The translations under genes and the position numbers were made by a program. A model generated the notes under the pieces. That model did not search any database. It saw only the letters and a list, made by a program, of their open reading frames with translations, and had not been told where the DNA came from. From a virus (taxonomy: Duplodnaviria; Caudoviricetes), in IMG/VR virus record IMGVR_UViG_3300047321_000298, positions 181,518 through 245,517 of that record: DNA of 64,000 nt; one strand, written 5' to 3'. Below are positions 1-9,953 of the stretch, piece by piece (position 1 is the stretch's first letter; every line of letters begins with the position of its first letter).

Positions 1-45
1 GCGGCTGCTCGCAACCAAAGAATGGCCTTTCCCTGAGAAGGATGA

Positions 46-1596
46 ATGATTATGGCGGCACCCTTTCTGTTTTTCAAAGAAGTCCTACCCGACCTGTCGT
101 ATCAGGTAGACATCTCGCAGTACATCAACCAAGCCGAAACGATTACGTCAATCGTAGCCTCTGCGCCGCTTCCCACATCGTCCGCACCCCTGGCCGTCAC
201 GATCACCTCAGGACTCAGTCCCGTGATCCGGATGACAGCATCTGGCGGCAATGAAGCTGTGAGCTACGGCTACACACTGACGGTCACGACGACAGCACAG
301 GTGCTTCTGTTCACGGTCGCAATCACCGTACAGGACCCGTCCTTTGTTCCGTACATCACTTCGAACCCAAGCGCCTTCCAAGACCTCGTTGACGAGATTC
401 AAGCGGGCGACGCGGCAATCGCTTCATCCGTTTTCGCGTTTCCTGCCGGTATCGATCCTTCAGGCGGTTTCGTCACGTGGGAGCTTCTGGCGAGTGACGG
501 CACAGTGTATTCAGCCGGTAACGCGTTCGAGTACAAGATCATCCAGAATGGTCTGTCGAACACGGTGATTTCGCGCTGCGTTATCTCGGTTCCGTCCACG
601 GTCCCGCCGTCGCTGGACGGCCAGAAATACCAACTTCGATACACGCTGGCTCTGCCTCAGGACTCAGGAACCCCACAAGACCCGACGACCGGCGCGCTGT
701 CACAGAACACGTTCTTCCAGTTCGAAAATATCCGCGTCGTATCGCTTACGAACGTTCCGCTCGGTACTCAGCCATCTGTGGAGCTTCAGGGCGTCAACGC
801 AACTGTTTCGCTGGTCACAGATAAGCCCTACGACAACGTGACGGTTGAAATATGGGCGGGTACTTCGCAGGTTGCTCCCGCGTCGGTGATTCAGGAATTC
901 GAGCGCACGGCGACTGGTTTCTGCTTTTCTGGCGTGATCAACACGTCACAGTTCCAAGTATCGCTGGTTCCGTATCAGGTGATCTGGAAATACTGGGCGT
1001 CGAATAATCCCGGTGTCGTGTACCAAGAATCGGCCGATCTGTTTGTGATCAACCCTTCGATCATGAACGCGATCAACAACGTCAAGGACAAGATCAACAA
1101 GGCGCGCACAACGCTCTACGGTCATCCTGATCTGTTGTATCCGAACGCCGTGATCATGACTTGGCTGCGCCGTGGGGCAGATGCGTTTAACGCTGCATAC
1201 GGTCAGTTCACTAGCTTCACCATGACCGACGCGCTGGGCCCGATCCGCGAATTCTGGCTGCTCGAAGCCGAACTGTCAGCCATCCGAGCGCAATACCTGG
1301 CTGAGGGTGAGAAAGCATTCGACTTCCAAGGCGGTGCAATCTCACTCGAAGTGGATCGTACGCAGTATCTCGATACTGCTGCGCAGGCGATAGAAAACGT
1401 ACTCGATCAACAACTGAAGCTGATCAAGCAAAACCTGATCATCAAAGGCAACACGTCCGGAACAGGCGCGTCTGGAGCGAACGCTGGTGCCCTTCAACCG
1501 GGTGCTATCGGGGCCGTTGGAATCACCATCACTCCCGCAAGCATGTTCGGACGTTTCTCCCCAGCGTATGGACTAAGTGGGCCGCGCAATTTGTAA
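46..1596 (+). CDS. virion structural protein (possible neck/head-completion protein)
   Basis: 516-aa ORF, beta-rich N-terminal part and helical C-terminal part, at the start of the late module; AAGGA at 38-42 suggests the true start may be ATG 52. Confidence 0.45.
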   Translation: MIMAAPFLFFKEVLPDLSYQVDISQYINQAETITSIVASAPLPTSSAPLAVTITSGLSPVIRMTASGGNEAVSYGYTLTVTTTAQVLLFTVAITVQDPSFVPYITSNPSAFQDLVDEIQAGDAAIASSVFAFPAGIDPSGGFVTWELLASDGTVYSAGNAFEYKIIQNGLSNTVISRCVISVPSTVPPSLDGQKYQLRYTLALPQDSGTPQDPTTGALSQNTFFQFENIRVVSLTNVPLGTQPSVELQGVNATVSLVTDKPYDNVTVEIWAGTSQVAPASVIQEFERTATGFCFSGVINTSQFQVSLVPYQVIWKYWASNNPGVVYQESADLFVINPSIMNAINNVKDKINKARTTLYGHPDLLYPNAVIMTWLRRGADAFNAAYGQFTSFTMTDALGPIREFWLLEAELSAIRAQYLAEGEKAFDFQGGAISLEVDRTQYLDTAAQAIENVLDQQLKLIKQNLIIKGNTSGTGASGANAGALQPGAIGAVGITITPASMFGRFSPAYGLSGPRNL

Positions 1597-1607
1597 AGGA
1601 TAACCAG

Positions 1608-1964
1608 ATGCTCAATGTCTTACCTGATCTTCGTTATCTGGCAGCTAACGGGATGGACCTGGTACTGATGGTTATGGTAGCTGCGTCCGTCGCTATCTTG
1701 CTCAAAATCCAGAGAACGAAGGATGACTACGATCTGCGCTCCGTCATATCTGACGAGAACGGACAACCCTCAATCCACAAGATCGGACAACTGATCGCGC
1801 TAATGCTGTCTACGTGGATGCTGGTGTATCTGGCACTCCACAACCAGATGACTGAAGGTTATTTCGGTACGTACATGGGAATCTGGGCAGCGGCTCAGGC
1901 AGCAGATAGATGGCTGGGTCGTGGTGGAGATAAGCCGGAAGGCGACAGACCTCCGGAGCGGTAA
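1608..1964 (+). CDS. holin-like small membrane protein
   Basis: 118 aa with 2-3 hydrophobic segments (LVLMVMVAASVAILL; IGQLIALMLSTWMLVYLAL) and a charged C-terminus. Confidence 0.45.
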   Translation: MLNVLPDLRYLAANGMDLVLMVMVAASVAILLKIQRTKDDYDLRSVISDENGQPSIHKIGQLIALMLSTWMLVYLALHNQMTEGYFGTYMGIWAAAQAADRWLGRGGDKPEGDRPPER

Positions 1965-1998
1965 TTTGAGGTAGTAACTCAACCAAAAGGAATCGATC

Positions 1999-2493
1999 AT
2001 GACGATTAACTACGTGCAGTTGAAAGAAGCTATGGCCGCAGCAGGACTTCCTGTTTCGCAGGGTGCCGCGTGGCTGGGCTCGGATGATGGTTTGTACATT
2101 CAGCAGTACGTTCCGGGGGTCGCCTACGCAGCAGGTGTACGCCCTGACCGTTCGAACGCACATTACGGTCTGGCGTACGCGGGGGCTATGCCTGCTGCCC
2201 TCTCTGCTGCTGTTACCGGCGCTCAGTACAGCGCAACGCTCGCAGGTTCTCCGCTGACCGGTGTGCACTCATCAGCCCCGGTTACCTGGACGCTGACTGA
2301 AGCACACAAACCGGCCGGTGCAACCGTGTCGTATCTGTGGGCGCTGGGTGATGGCACGAACCAGACCACCTCAGTCCCGTCCGTCACACGCACTTACACG
2401 GCTGCTGGCTCGTTCACCGCGACGTGCACTCCGACCATCAACGGAATTCCGCAGACCCTCGTGACGGCTGCGGCACCGGCAGTTCTGACGTAA
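1999..2493 (+). CDS. PKD (Ig-like) domain virion protein
   Basis: C-terminal VSYLWALGDG...TRTYTAAGSFTATCT matches the PKD pattern (WxFGDG...Y...G.Y.V.L); AAGGA RBS. Confidence 0.75.
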   Translation: MTINYVQLKEAMAAAGLPVSQGAAWLGSDDGLYIQQYVPGVAYAAGVRPDRSNAHYGLAYAGAMPAALSAAVTGAQYSATLAGSPLTGVHSSAPVTWTLTEAHKPAGATVSYLWALGDGTNQTTSVPSVTRTYTAAGSFTATCTPTINGIPQTLVTAAAPAVLT

Positions 2494-2503
2494 GGGGTAG
2501 CAC

Positions 2504-2824
2504 ATGTGGCAGCGCCGTGTGCGGACCGGACGTAGGAACTCGCACGGCGTTGCTCCCATCCGTCGCGAGAATTACTCAACTGTGAACGGCTTTACGCAGA
2601 AAGACGGGTGGTGGGAAGTACGTAAGAAGGTCGAGAAGAGGTCAGGTGGGAAATGTGAAGCGTTGATCGCGGGTGTGCGATGCGGCGCGAAAGGCACCGA
2701 CGTTCACCACATCATCCCCCTATCAAAGGGAGGGACGAACAGCCTTTCAAATCTGCTCATGATCTGTCTCTCCTGCCACGAAAAGCGCCACCGTCATCTG
2801 TTCAGGGCTGGTTACAGTAAATAA
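2504..2824 (+). CDS. HNH endonuclease
   Basis: CE..C...DVHHIIPLSKGGTNSLSNLLMICLSCHEKRH is a canonical HNH/zinc motif. Confidence 0.92.
   Translation: MWQRRVRTGRRNSHGVAPIRRENYSTVNGFTQKDGWWEVRKKVEKRSGGKCEALIAGVRCGAKGTDVHHIIPLSKGGTNSLSNLLMICLSCHEKRHRHLFRAGYSK
2816..2823 (+). promoter_or_regulatory. AGTAAATA phage promoter-like motif
   Basis: Exact copies also at 4301, 22212, 36171 (+) and 46475, 48876, 54456, 59517, 62620 (-), each upstream of a start codon. Confidence 0.55.
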
Positions 2825-2840
2825 AAGGTAAGAGGTAGTT

Positions 2841-3278
2841 ATGGAAAACGAACAGCAGTTGCAGCAACTGATTACGCTGTTTCTCGAAATCAATCCGAAC
2901 CCGTCAGATCAGCAATTCCACATGCTGGCTGACAGCATCGGTGTGGATCACGAAGCACTTGAAGCAGTGTCGTACGCGATGCTTGCCAAGGATGGTCCGC
3001 AACAATCTGTTATGTCCGGAACCGAAGACCTGTCGGAATCGCAAAAGGTTCTGGACGGTGACTACGATCCGAACGTCACGTCGCCCGATGATCTGCTGTT
3101 GAACGACGGCGCACCCGAAGGCACGTCGAACATTCAGGAACTGCAAGACGACCTGTACGACGATGGCGTGGCGGCCGACGACATTGGGCTAGGCGTATCG
3201 AGCGATAAGGATGCGATGGTTTCTGATGGCGCACCTGCCGTCCAGTTGAAAGCACACTCACGACTCATGGGTGGCTAA
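2841..3278 (+). CDS. acidic hypothetical protein (possible prohead core protein) with a C-terminal copy of the leader motif
   Basis: Asp-rich 145 aa ending QLKAHSRLMGG; AGAGG RBS. Confidence 0.55.
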   Translation: MENEQQLQQLITLFLEINPNPSDQQFHMLADSIGVDHEALEAVSYAMLAKDGPQQSVMSGTEDLSESQKVLDGDYDPNVTSPDDLLLNDGAPEGTSNIQELQDDLYDDGVAADDIGLGVSSDKDAMVSDGAPAVQLKAHSRLMGG

Positions 3279-3962
3279 ATGGCCGATCCGTTTCTGTCGA
3301 ATCTGGGGATTGACTCGCTGAAGCAGGCGAGACCCCCAACGGGTTCTGCGTTTCCGCTGGCGTTCAATCAGAACAACTCGTACATCTGGCAAGAGGCGGT
3401 TCAGCTAATCACTTCGTCAGGGGACGCCGCCACTGACTGGGTACTCGCTATCCGAAAGTACGTGGATATCTGCGAACAACGCGATCTGTTTCCTTTTCAA
3501 AATGTCCAGGCCAACCGCAACGACTCGATTGCAGATTATCTGCGCGAGCGACGCACCGCGTTCGTTCAGTTCTGTGAGGCTGTCGAGTTTTTCACAGACA
3601 TGAAGGTACGGGACACGCAGCGAAAGGTAACGATGACGGACTCTGGTTTCATGCTCCGTGGCGAAGCCAAGGTTCGGGTGGAGGACCCTTCCTTCGACCA
3701 ATGGCTACAGCAGAAACCGGCAATGCAGTCGGTAAATGACCGGTTCTCTCGCTCTCTGATGTCTGGGATCGACGTATTTGCAGAGCGCGGTGAGTCTGAT
3801 GTCTGGACCCTTGGGTACGAGATTGCATGTCCGATGTATCCGGAAGTTCCAGATAGCCCGCTGCCGTCCCGCGCCACGCTGGAAAACTTTGTCCTGTCCG
3901 TTTTGTGGATGCCTGTTTTGCGGTGCATGCGTCCATCTAATCTTGCTCACCGTTTGATCTAG
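3279..3962 (+). CDS. hypothetical protein
   Basis: 227-aa ORF abutting the previous stop codon. Confidence 0.7.
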   Translation: MADPFLSNLGIDSLKQARPPTGSAFPLAFNQNNSYIWQEAVQLITSSGDAATDWVLAIRKYVDICEQRDLFPFQNVQANRNDSIADYLRERRTAFVQFCEAVEFFTDMKVRDTQRKVTMTDSGFMLRGEAKVRVEDPSFDQWLQQKPAMQSVNDRFSRSLMSGIDVFAERGESDVWTLGYEIACPMYPEVPDSPLPSRATLENFVLSVLWMPVLRCMRPSNLAHRLI

Positions 3963-3967
3963 GAGAA

Positions 3968-4309
3968 ATGATGGACTACGTTTCAATCATCGGGGATGTG
4001 CTTCATGTTGTGATCGCCGCGCCTCTGTTGGGTGTCGGCATCGTGATCGGTGCTATCGGCTACCGCTACCTGCTGAAGAACGAGCCTTCGCTGCTCAACA
4101 GTCTTGTGTCGGCGGCCTACACGGACCTTCAAGCCGCGCTGAAGGCTCTGGAGGCGAAAGCTGGAGCCGCAGTAATGCCCACCCCAGCGACGACCACGGC
4201 AGCGGCACCAACGAGCGCTGCGCCAGCCGCCGTAGTAACCACAGCCGTGGATGCTGCCGCTGCTGTAACCACCACAGCCGCAACACAAGTAACAGACGCT
4301 AGTAAATAA
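3968..4309 (+). CDS. membrane protein with Ala/Thr-rich tail
   Basis: N-terminal hydrophobic helix followed by a low-complexity A/T/P tail; AGGAG RBS. Confidence 0.7.
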   Translation: MMDYVSIIGDVLHVVIAAPLLGVGIVIGAIGYRYLLKNEPSLLNSLVSAAYTDLQAALKALEAKAGAAVMPTPATTTAAAPTSAAPAAVVTTAVDAAAAVTTTAATQVTDASK

Positions 4310-4342
4310 AAAGTGAGAAAGCAAATCTGTTGCTAAATTTTC

Positions 4343-4370
4343 ACCCGGCACCTAAAAAGTGCCGGGTTTT
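4343..4370 (+). terminator. putative intrinsic terminator/hairpin
   Basis: acccggcac-ctaaaaa-gtgccgggt-ttt. Confidence 0.5.
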
Positions 4371-4389
4371 CGTCGTTCCTTAAAAGACC

Positions 4390-7300
4390 ATGAAACTGCG
4401 CCCCTCTACAAATCTGATCGTCCCGCAGCATCTCGCCCTTCCGCGCGCTCAACTGAAAACGGGGTTCTTCCATGTGTACGGCGCGCACTATGCGGGCTCT
4501 CCGGTCATGTACATGACGAAGCTATGGGCGTCGCTGTTCTTTCCGTCCCTAACGCTGAATCCCAAGTTCGGACAGTCACGCAACCGGGCGAAGATCGGAG
4601 ATGCGCTGCGCAGGCTCACGCGTCCGTCCTACCTCAAAGTCAAGATCGAGCGCCAGTTCAAGGACCCGCACATCATTGCGTCGGTTCCGGTCTTTTCGTG
4701 CTCTGCAAACAATGCAGGCGGCGCATTCTCTTTCCTTTACGATCACTTCGTGCGCCCACCGCGCACGAACGACGCGTACATGCCAACGGCCGAACAGGAA
4801 GCAGAAATTCAGGGACTCCGGGCGTATTTCACGGACGAGTCACAGGAGGCTCAGGAGATTGTCTTTTCTCCGCTTCAGGTGCTGCACTCGCTCCGACATC
4901 TGACTCAGAATGAGCAGGGGATGCTCCGCCAGTCTCTGCAATCAGTGCGAATCGTGCGGAAGAAGGGGCTTGCGGTTTTCTTCGTTGACTTCAAAATCAC
5001 GAGAGCGGAAGCGCAGCAACTCACCACAACCGAATGGCACCAGCTTCGCGAAATCGACATCTATCCGCTGCTCCTGCAATGGACGATGACTAGTTTCGGT
5101 GAGCGTGAACCAGCGCCGCTGGCATCGTTCCCGATTTCGAAGATTGCACTGTCGTTGCCCGCGTCTCACGTCGAATCGGCGCGCGTCAGTGAGCATGGGC
5201 TGTCGATTGGGCCCAACGGCAAACCGTACTACCTGCCGCGATCAATTGATCGTCAGCATACCGTTCAATACGAGGATGCATACACGCAGGCCGGTATGCG
5301 TCCGGATGGATCGTATGCGCTGACAGACATTCACGAAGGGGCAGAAGCTCACGCGGCCGGTACGGAAATCAAGGTGAAGCTTCCGAAGTCTGTGCCTGTC
5401 CTGATCGACTGGGTGAACAACAAATATTCGTACACGGATACGAACGGGCTGCTCCACGTGATGGACCTGATGCGTTTCCGGAAGGCTGAGATTCCGCACG
5501 TCCGCATCTTGCTCGCAGAACACTACATCACCGAAGAGCGTTTGGAGCTATTCCTGAAGTTGGGGAAAGCTGCGGGCGTCAAGGACATGGAGTTCATGCC
5601 AACAAACGACGATCTTGAACGCGCGCCGTACACGATTCGTCACGAGTTGATGCGTGCGGCCACGCCTAAGCGGTGGTTTGATGTTGCGCTGCTCGGCTGG
5701 CAGATCGATAAGGACCGCGAGGACTTGCCGTTCCGGGAAGTGTCAGCTACCGCTTACCCGCCGTTCCGGCCGCTGGCTGAGTTTCTCAAGCTGATCTGCA
5801 AAGAAGTGTTGGCGAACCTAGCTGCGGTGTATCGTGAATATTCGGTGCGAACGGTCATGGAGAATCTGTCGTGGCTCGTGATGATGGCTGAATACAACGA
5901 GCGCTTTGACCAGATACAGGCTGAGGACTTGCTCATTCGCAAACCCGCAATCGAGCAGGGAGTACTTCCGGATTGGTCACTTCCGGAGTGCCCGCTGATC
6001 AACCGTTCGCTTGACATCGGTCTGATTCCCCATCAGGTGAAAGTCAGGAACCTGCTACGCGAATCGCCGCTGTTTGCGTTGATTCCGGTGCAGGCGGGCG
6101 GAGGTAAGACTCTGTTGCTGCTGACTGACATCCTGTACGAAATCCAGCGCGGAAATCCGGGGCCTTTCCTCATCATGTGCCCGGGGCATCTGGTTTCGAA
6201 CTACGTGAACGAAGTGCTGTATTTCACGGGCGGGCGTATGAACGTGATGCCCGTCACGTCTGCGGTAATTCGTGAGCATGGCGTGGAGCGCCTACAGGAA
6301 ATGATGGAGGCGCTGCCCATTAATTCGCTGGTCGTCGTGGACTACGACACGTTGAAATACCGGCAGCAAACAATCTGCTACGGAACGACACCGGTCGCTT
6401 TGTATCCAGTGATCGATTTCCTGCGTCAGTTCAGTTTCGCGTACGCCGGACTTGACGAGAGTCACCGCGTGAAGCGGGATACGGCACGAACCAAGGCCGC
6501 GATGTGCCTGATCACGGATATTCCGAAACTGCGCCTGGCGTCAGGCACGATGGCCCATGATTCCCCGTCAGATATCGCGATGCAGGTTGCTTCGATGGAC
6601 CCGACATTGTTCGGCACGCGCGAGGAATTCAACCGTAAGTACGGATCGTATGTATCGGGTGGTCGGGTCATGCATTGGAGAGAGGGCGCACAGGAACAGA
6701 TCAGACACAAAATCAATTCGCGGATCGTCGTGGCTGGAGCCATGCGCAAGGAATGGGCTGCATTCCTGCCGACCAAACGCGAATGGATCGGCGGTGTCGA
6801 ACTCAAAACTAACCAGCAGCTAGTGTACGACTCGATTCTTGAAGAGACGTTGGAAAAAATCCAGGAGGATGCGAAGGAGAACAAGGAACTCGCGAAGTTC
6901 CTGAAGCCCCAAACGAGCATTGTGCCGAGCCAGAACGATCCAGAAGCGGACGACGATGATCCGCTGGACGAAGACGCCGGGTCGGACCTCGCGTCGCTTC
7001 TACGGCCGTATTTGGCCCGTCTGGAGCGATTCTTGTTGGCACCGGGCAAAGACGAGCTTGGGGCGAAGCTACTGGAAGGCAATGATCTGGTTTCACCGAA
7101 GGCTAAAGCTGTAATCGAGCGCCTCAAGCTGCACATGTTCGGCGGGAAGGTCCGGGATTCAGAAGGGGTGGAGCAGGAAGTTGGCCCAACACCTGGAAAG
7201 GTCCTGATCTTCACGAACTACATTATCTCGGCTGAAGCGATTTGGGAGCTAGCTGGTCCGGAGCTTCAGAAGTGCGGGATTCTGTACAAGGCCGAAGACA

Positions 7301-8958
7301 AGTCCGAGTGCGTTGCACGCTTCGAGAAGCTCGATTCGCTGCAATGGATGGTCGGTGTCGAGCAGTCGATGAACGAAGGTTTGAATTTCCAGTTCGTGAG
7401 TCGGACGATTCGACCTGAGGCTGTGTGGAATCCGGGGACTCTCGAACAGGGTAACTCCCGGACCGGGCGTCCTCAGTTGAAGACGGTCGATCAGCGTACG
7501 TCCGTCTACTACGATTCGCTCGTGATAAACCGGACAATCGACATAACGAAGACTGCGCGACTCATCTCGAAAATCATTTCCGTGGCGAAGTTCGAGAACT
7601 CGGAGAATCCGGAATTCAGCACCATACCGGATGTTCCGATCATCAAGATGTCGCTTGATGCAATCCAGATGTTCAACACGTGGGAGTACATTGACGATGC
7701 ACATCCGGGACTAGCGTCGTACGCTGCTGCGCTATCGAAGTACGAACAGGTACGTAATAGGGACTATGAAGCGTATCTGTCGAAGTATGTGTCGAAGTAC
7801 GGCAATCGCCCAGTTCGTACAGCAATCCCAATTGCAGACGATCCTGAGGGTTCGGCGTTCATGGGGTCACTGCCGTATGTACCCGGCTCAGACATCCCGA
7901 TGAAGGAGCGAATTCGCGCCGTACGCGTTGATGATTACCTCAACCAGATCGAAGAAGAGTTGTCTGACTCGGACGAGGAAGAATCGGAGGGTTCGCTACA
8001 GCGCAAGATCGAGTATCTCAAGACACGACGAGTGCACACGTCATTTGGCGAAGGTCAGGTGCGGCGCTGCGGCCCGAACTCGAAGCACGTTCTCGTGCAG
8101 CTTGATTCGGATTACTCCGTGGCCGTCCGAAAGTCTGCGTGTTTTATGCTTCAGGGAAAGACTCAGGAATCGGTGCGCGAGGTCTTGGCCGAACGTTTGC
8201 GACTGGACTTCAAGAAGGTGCGTGCGGTACCTGCGTCACTCTTCAAGGAATCCCGGCAGAAATCGAAAGCTCGAATTCTGCGCGAGCAGCGCATTGCGGC
8301 TAGAGCAGAACGTGTGCGAATTCGCGAACGACGTAAGGCGCTGAGTATCAAGCTGTCACTCGTCATGAGCAACGGGTTCTTCGGACTGTCGTATGCAGCG
8401 GACGACAATCAGAAGGCAATGCAAACGCTTCAGGCGAACGGTTTCCGTTCGAGTGCCGCGTTCTACTTTGCAAAGCTCGGATCGGGTAAGGCTCTGGCAC
8501 GGCAGTTGAATCGCTGGGAAGAAAACGGCCTGCAGCCGGATCGCAAACACCTGAAGGAGGGTTCTGCTCAGTGGTTCTCTGAAGTGTACCAGCAGATGGA
8601 AGCAGGAATCACCGGCCAACGATCTATCAATCGATTGCATCGCGCGGGCGTTCCGAATTTCTACCAGGTGAAGCACGTCGCGTGCGCTGACCGGCACGTG
8701 ATCAAGCCGTACCCAGTTGTCGAAAATGGCGAGGTTTTCCTTGCTTTGCCTAAGGAAAATCAAGCTTGGACGAAAAATGCGATCCGCCACTCTTCGCTGG
8801 AGTGGTTCGAGGGTGAGCCTTCGCTAACCTATTTTGGATCAATCAAGGATGTGCTACGCGTCGCAAAAGACCTGAAAGCCTCAGGAATCACTGTGCAAAA
8901 CGCTGCATCCATCAATCGTAGCTTCAAAAAGCTGCGCGGACTCACAGTACGTACATAG
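4390..8958 (+). CDS. large SNF2-family (SF2) helicase/ATPase
   Basis: Walker A VQAGGGKT, Walker B LDESH, motif III SGT, motif V EGLNFQ, motif VI QGNSRTGR; long N- and C-terminal extensions. Confidence 0.9.
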   Translation: MKLRPSTNLIVPQHLALPRAQLKTGFFHVYGAHYAGSPVMYMTKLWASLFFPSLTLNPKFGQSRNRAKIGDALRRLTRPSYLKVKIERQFKDPHIIASVPVFSCSANNAGGAFSFLYDHFVRPPRTNDAYMPTAEQEAEIQGLRAYFTDESQEAQEIVFSPLQVLHSLRHLTQNEQGMLRQSLQSVRIVRKKGLAVFFVDFKITRAEAQQLTTTEWHQLREIDIYPLLLQWTMTSFGEREPAPLASFPISKIALSLPASHVESARVSEHGLSIGPNGKPYYLPRSIDRQHTVQYEDAYTQAGMRPDGSYALTDIHEGAEAHAAGTEIKVKLPKSVPVLIDWVNNKYSYTDTNGLLHVMDLMRFRKAEIPHVRILLAEHYITEERLELFLKLGKAAGVKDMEFMPTNDDLERAPYTIRHELMRAATPKRWFDVALLGWQIDKDREDLPFREVSATAYPPFRPLAEFLKLICKEVLANLAAVYREYSVRTVMENLSWLVMMAEYNERFDQIQAEDLLIRKPAIEQGVLPDWSLPECPLINRSLDIGLIPHQVKVRNLLRESPLFALIPVQAGGGKTLLLLTDILYEIQRGNPGPFLIMCPGHLVSNYVNEVLYFTGGRMNVMPVTSAVIREHGVERLQEMMEALPINSLVVVDYDTLKYRQQTICYGTTPVALYPVIDFLRQFSFAYAGLDESHRVKRDTARTKAAMCLITDIPKLRLASGTMAHDSPSDIAMQVASMDPTLFGTREEFNRKYGSYVSGGRVMHWREGAQEQIRHKINSRIVVAGAMRKEWAAFLPTKREWIGGVELKTNQQLVYDSILEETLEKIQEDAKENKELAKFLKPQTSIVPSQNDPEADDDDPLDEDAGSDLASLLRPYLARLERFLLAPGKDELGAKLLEGNDLVSPKAKAVIERLKLHMFGGKVRDSEGVEQEVGPTPGKVLIFTNYIISAEAIWELAGPELQKCGILYKAEDKSECVARFEKLDSLQWMVGVEQSMNEGLNFQFVSRTIRPEAVWNPGTLEQGNSRTGRPQLKTVDQRTSVYYDSLVINRTIDITKTARLISKIISVAKFENSENPEFSTIPDVPIIKMSLDAIQMFNTWEYIDDAHPGLASYAAALSKYEQVRNRDYEAYLSKYVSKYGNRPVRTAIPIADDPEGSAFMGSLPYVPGSDIPMKERIRAVRVDDYLNQIEEELSDSDEEESEGSLQRKIEYLKTRRVHTSFGEGQVRRCGPNSKHVLVQLDSDYSVAVRKSACFMLQGKTQESVREVLAERLRLDFKKVRAVPASLFKESRQKSKARILREQRIAARAERVRIRERRKALSIKLSLVMSNGFFGLSYAADDNQKAMQTLQANGFRSSAAFYFAKLGSGKALARQLNRWEENGLQPDRKHLKEGSAQWFSEVYQQMEAGITGQRSINRLHRAGVPNFYQVKHVACADRHVIKPYPVVENGEVFLALPKENQAWTKNAIRHSSLEWFEGEPSLTYFGSIKDVLRVAKDLKASGITVQNAASINRSFKKLRGLTVRT

Positions 8959-9029
8959 AAATACAAAAACCCTAATTTGATGAGCATGGGGCAGAAGTTG
9001 CCCCGCTCACTCTTTAGGAGCGTACTGCC

Positions 9030-9524
9030 ATGAGTTTCAACATCACAGCAATCAAAAAAGCGCTGGCTGATGCCGGTTACGAAGTCTCGAAGGTTGAGGG
9101 CATGCTCTCAACCGACTTCAAACACCTGCTGACGTTCGCTCACTTTCAATTCGGTTTGTCACCTGCCCAGGTTGGGTACGGCTTGGCTTATCCCGAAACC
9201 ATCACCACCGATTTCCCCGGTCACCCGAACGCGACTTCCGCGCCGGTAGCTGCGGCTGTTGCCGAATCAGCACCTGTAGCCCCCGAAGCGCCGGTTGAAG
9301 CCCCGCAACCTGTTGCTGCGCCTGTTGCAGAAACTGCTGCTGAGACCCCGGCTCCGGAAGCTGCTCAGGAAACGCAAACCCCGGCCGCAGAAAACACCCA
9401 AGCTCCAGAAGCTGCTGAACAGGCCGATGCTGCACAGGAACCTGCTCAGGACGCTGAAGAAAAGCCCGCAGCAGCAGCGGAAGGCGCTACTGAACAAACG
9501 CAGAGCGAAGAAACCGCTAGCTAA
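9030..9524 (+). CDS. Ala/Pro/Glu-rich hypothetical protein
   Basis: Short globular N-terminus plus low-complexity acidic tail; AGGAG RBS; late-type motif at 8972. Confidence 0.7.
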   Translation: MSFNITAIKKALADAGYEVSKVEGMLSTDFKHLLTFAHFQFGLSPAQVGYGLAYPETITTDFPGHPNATSAPVAAAVAESAPVAPEAPVEAPQPVAAPVAETAAETPAPEAAQETQTPAAENTQAPEAAEQADAAQEPAQDAEEKPAAAAEGATEQTQSEETAS

Positions 9525-9535
9525 TCGGAGAACGT

Positions 9536-9937
9536 ATGACAGCGAAAGTTATAGGCAATCGCTCAGCATACTTCCGTGGCGGTTCAGATGGTATCGGACG
9601 GCGCAATCTGCCGGACGGCAACATCGGATGGGTTGGCGTCACCTCGAATACTCAGGGTGATGTCGCCTATCTCTCGGCTGTGGATGTAACGAGCAATGAC
9701 CGCCCCTTCCTAGGTTATTCACTTCAGGCAGTTGGGCACGTGGTTACGGTCGAGTTCACCCTGCAGAATTCAGGCTTGGCTACGGACCCCGATCCGAGCG
9801 TGCAGGCCAGCGTGGCGTGGTGCAACTCAACCACTGTGACCCCGGGCACTGTCACACCGATCACGTTCCCCTTTTCTGCGCTAAAGATCACGTTCTCAGG
9901 CGGTGCAGGCACTGAGTGCTACGTCGTTTGCCGCTGA
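9536..9937 (+). CDS. putative virion structural protein
   Basis: 133-aa beta-rich ORF with GGAG RBS in the head module. Confidence 0.55.
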   Translation: MTAKVIGNRSAYFRGGSDGIGRRNLPDGNIGWVGVTSNTQGDVAYLSAVDVTSNDRPFLGYSLQAVGHVVTVEFTLQNSGLATDPDPSVQASVAWCNSTTVTPGTVTPITFPFSALKITFSGGAGTECYVVCR

Positions 9938-9953
9938 TCGGAGTACGTAAATC

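Noticed and set aside
1608-4309. Complete lysis cassette
   Set aside because: Membrane proteins are present but no endolysin or lipoprotein spanin was recognised; the holin call stays tentative.
9200-9524. Ala/Pro/Glu repeats as a tandem-repeat locus
   Set aside because: Low-complexity coding sequence without an exact repeat unit.
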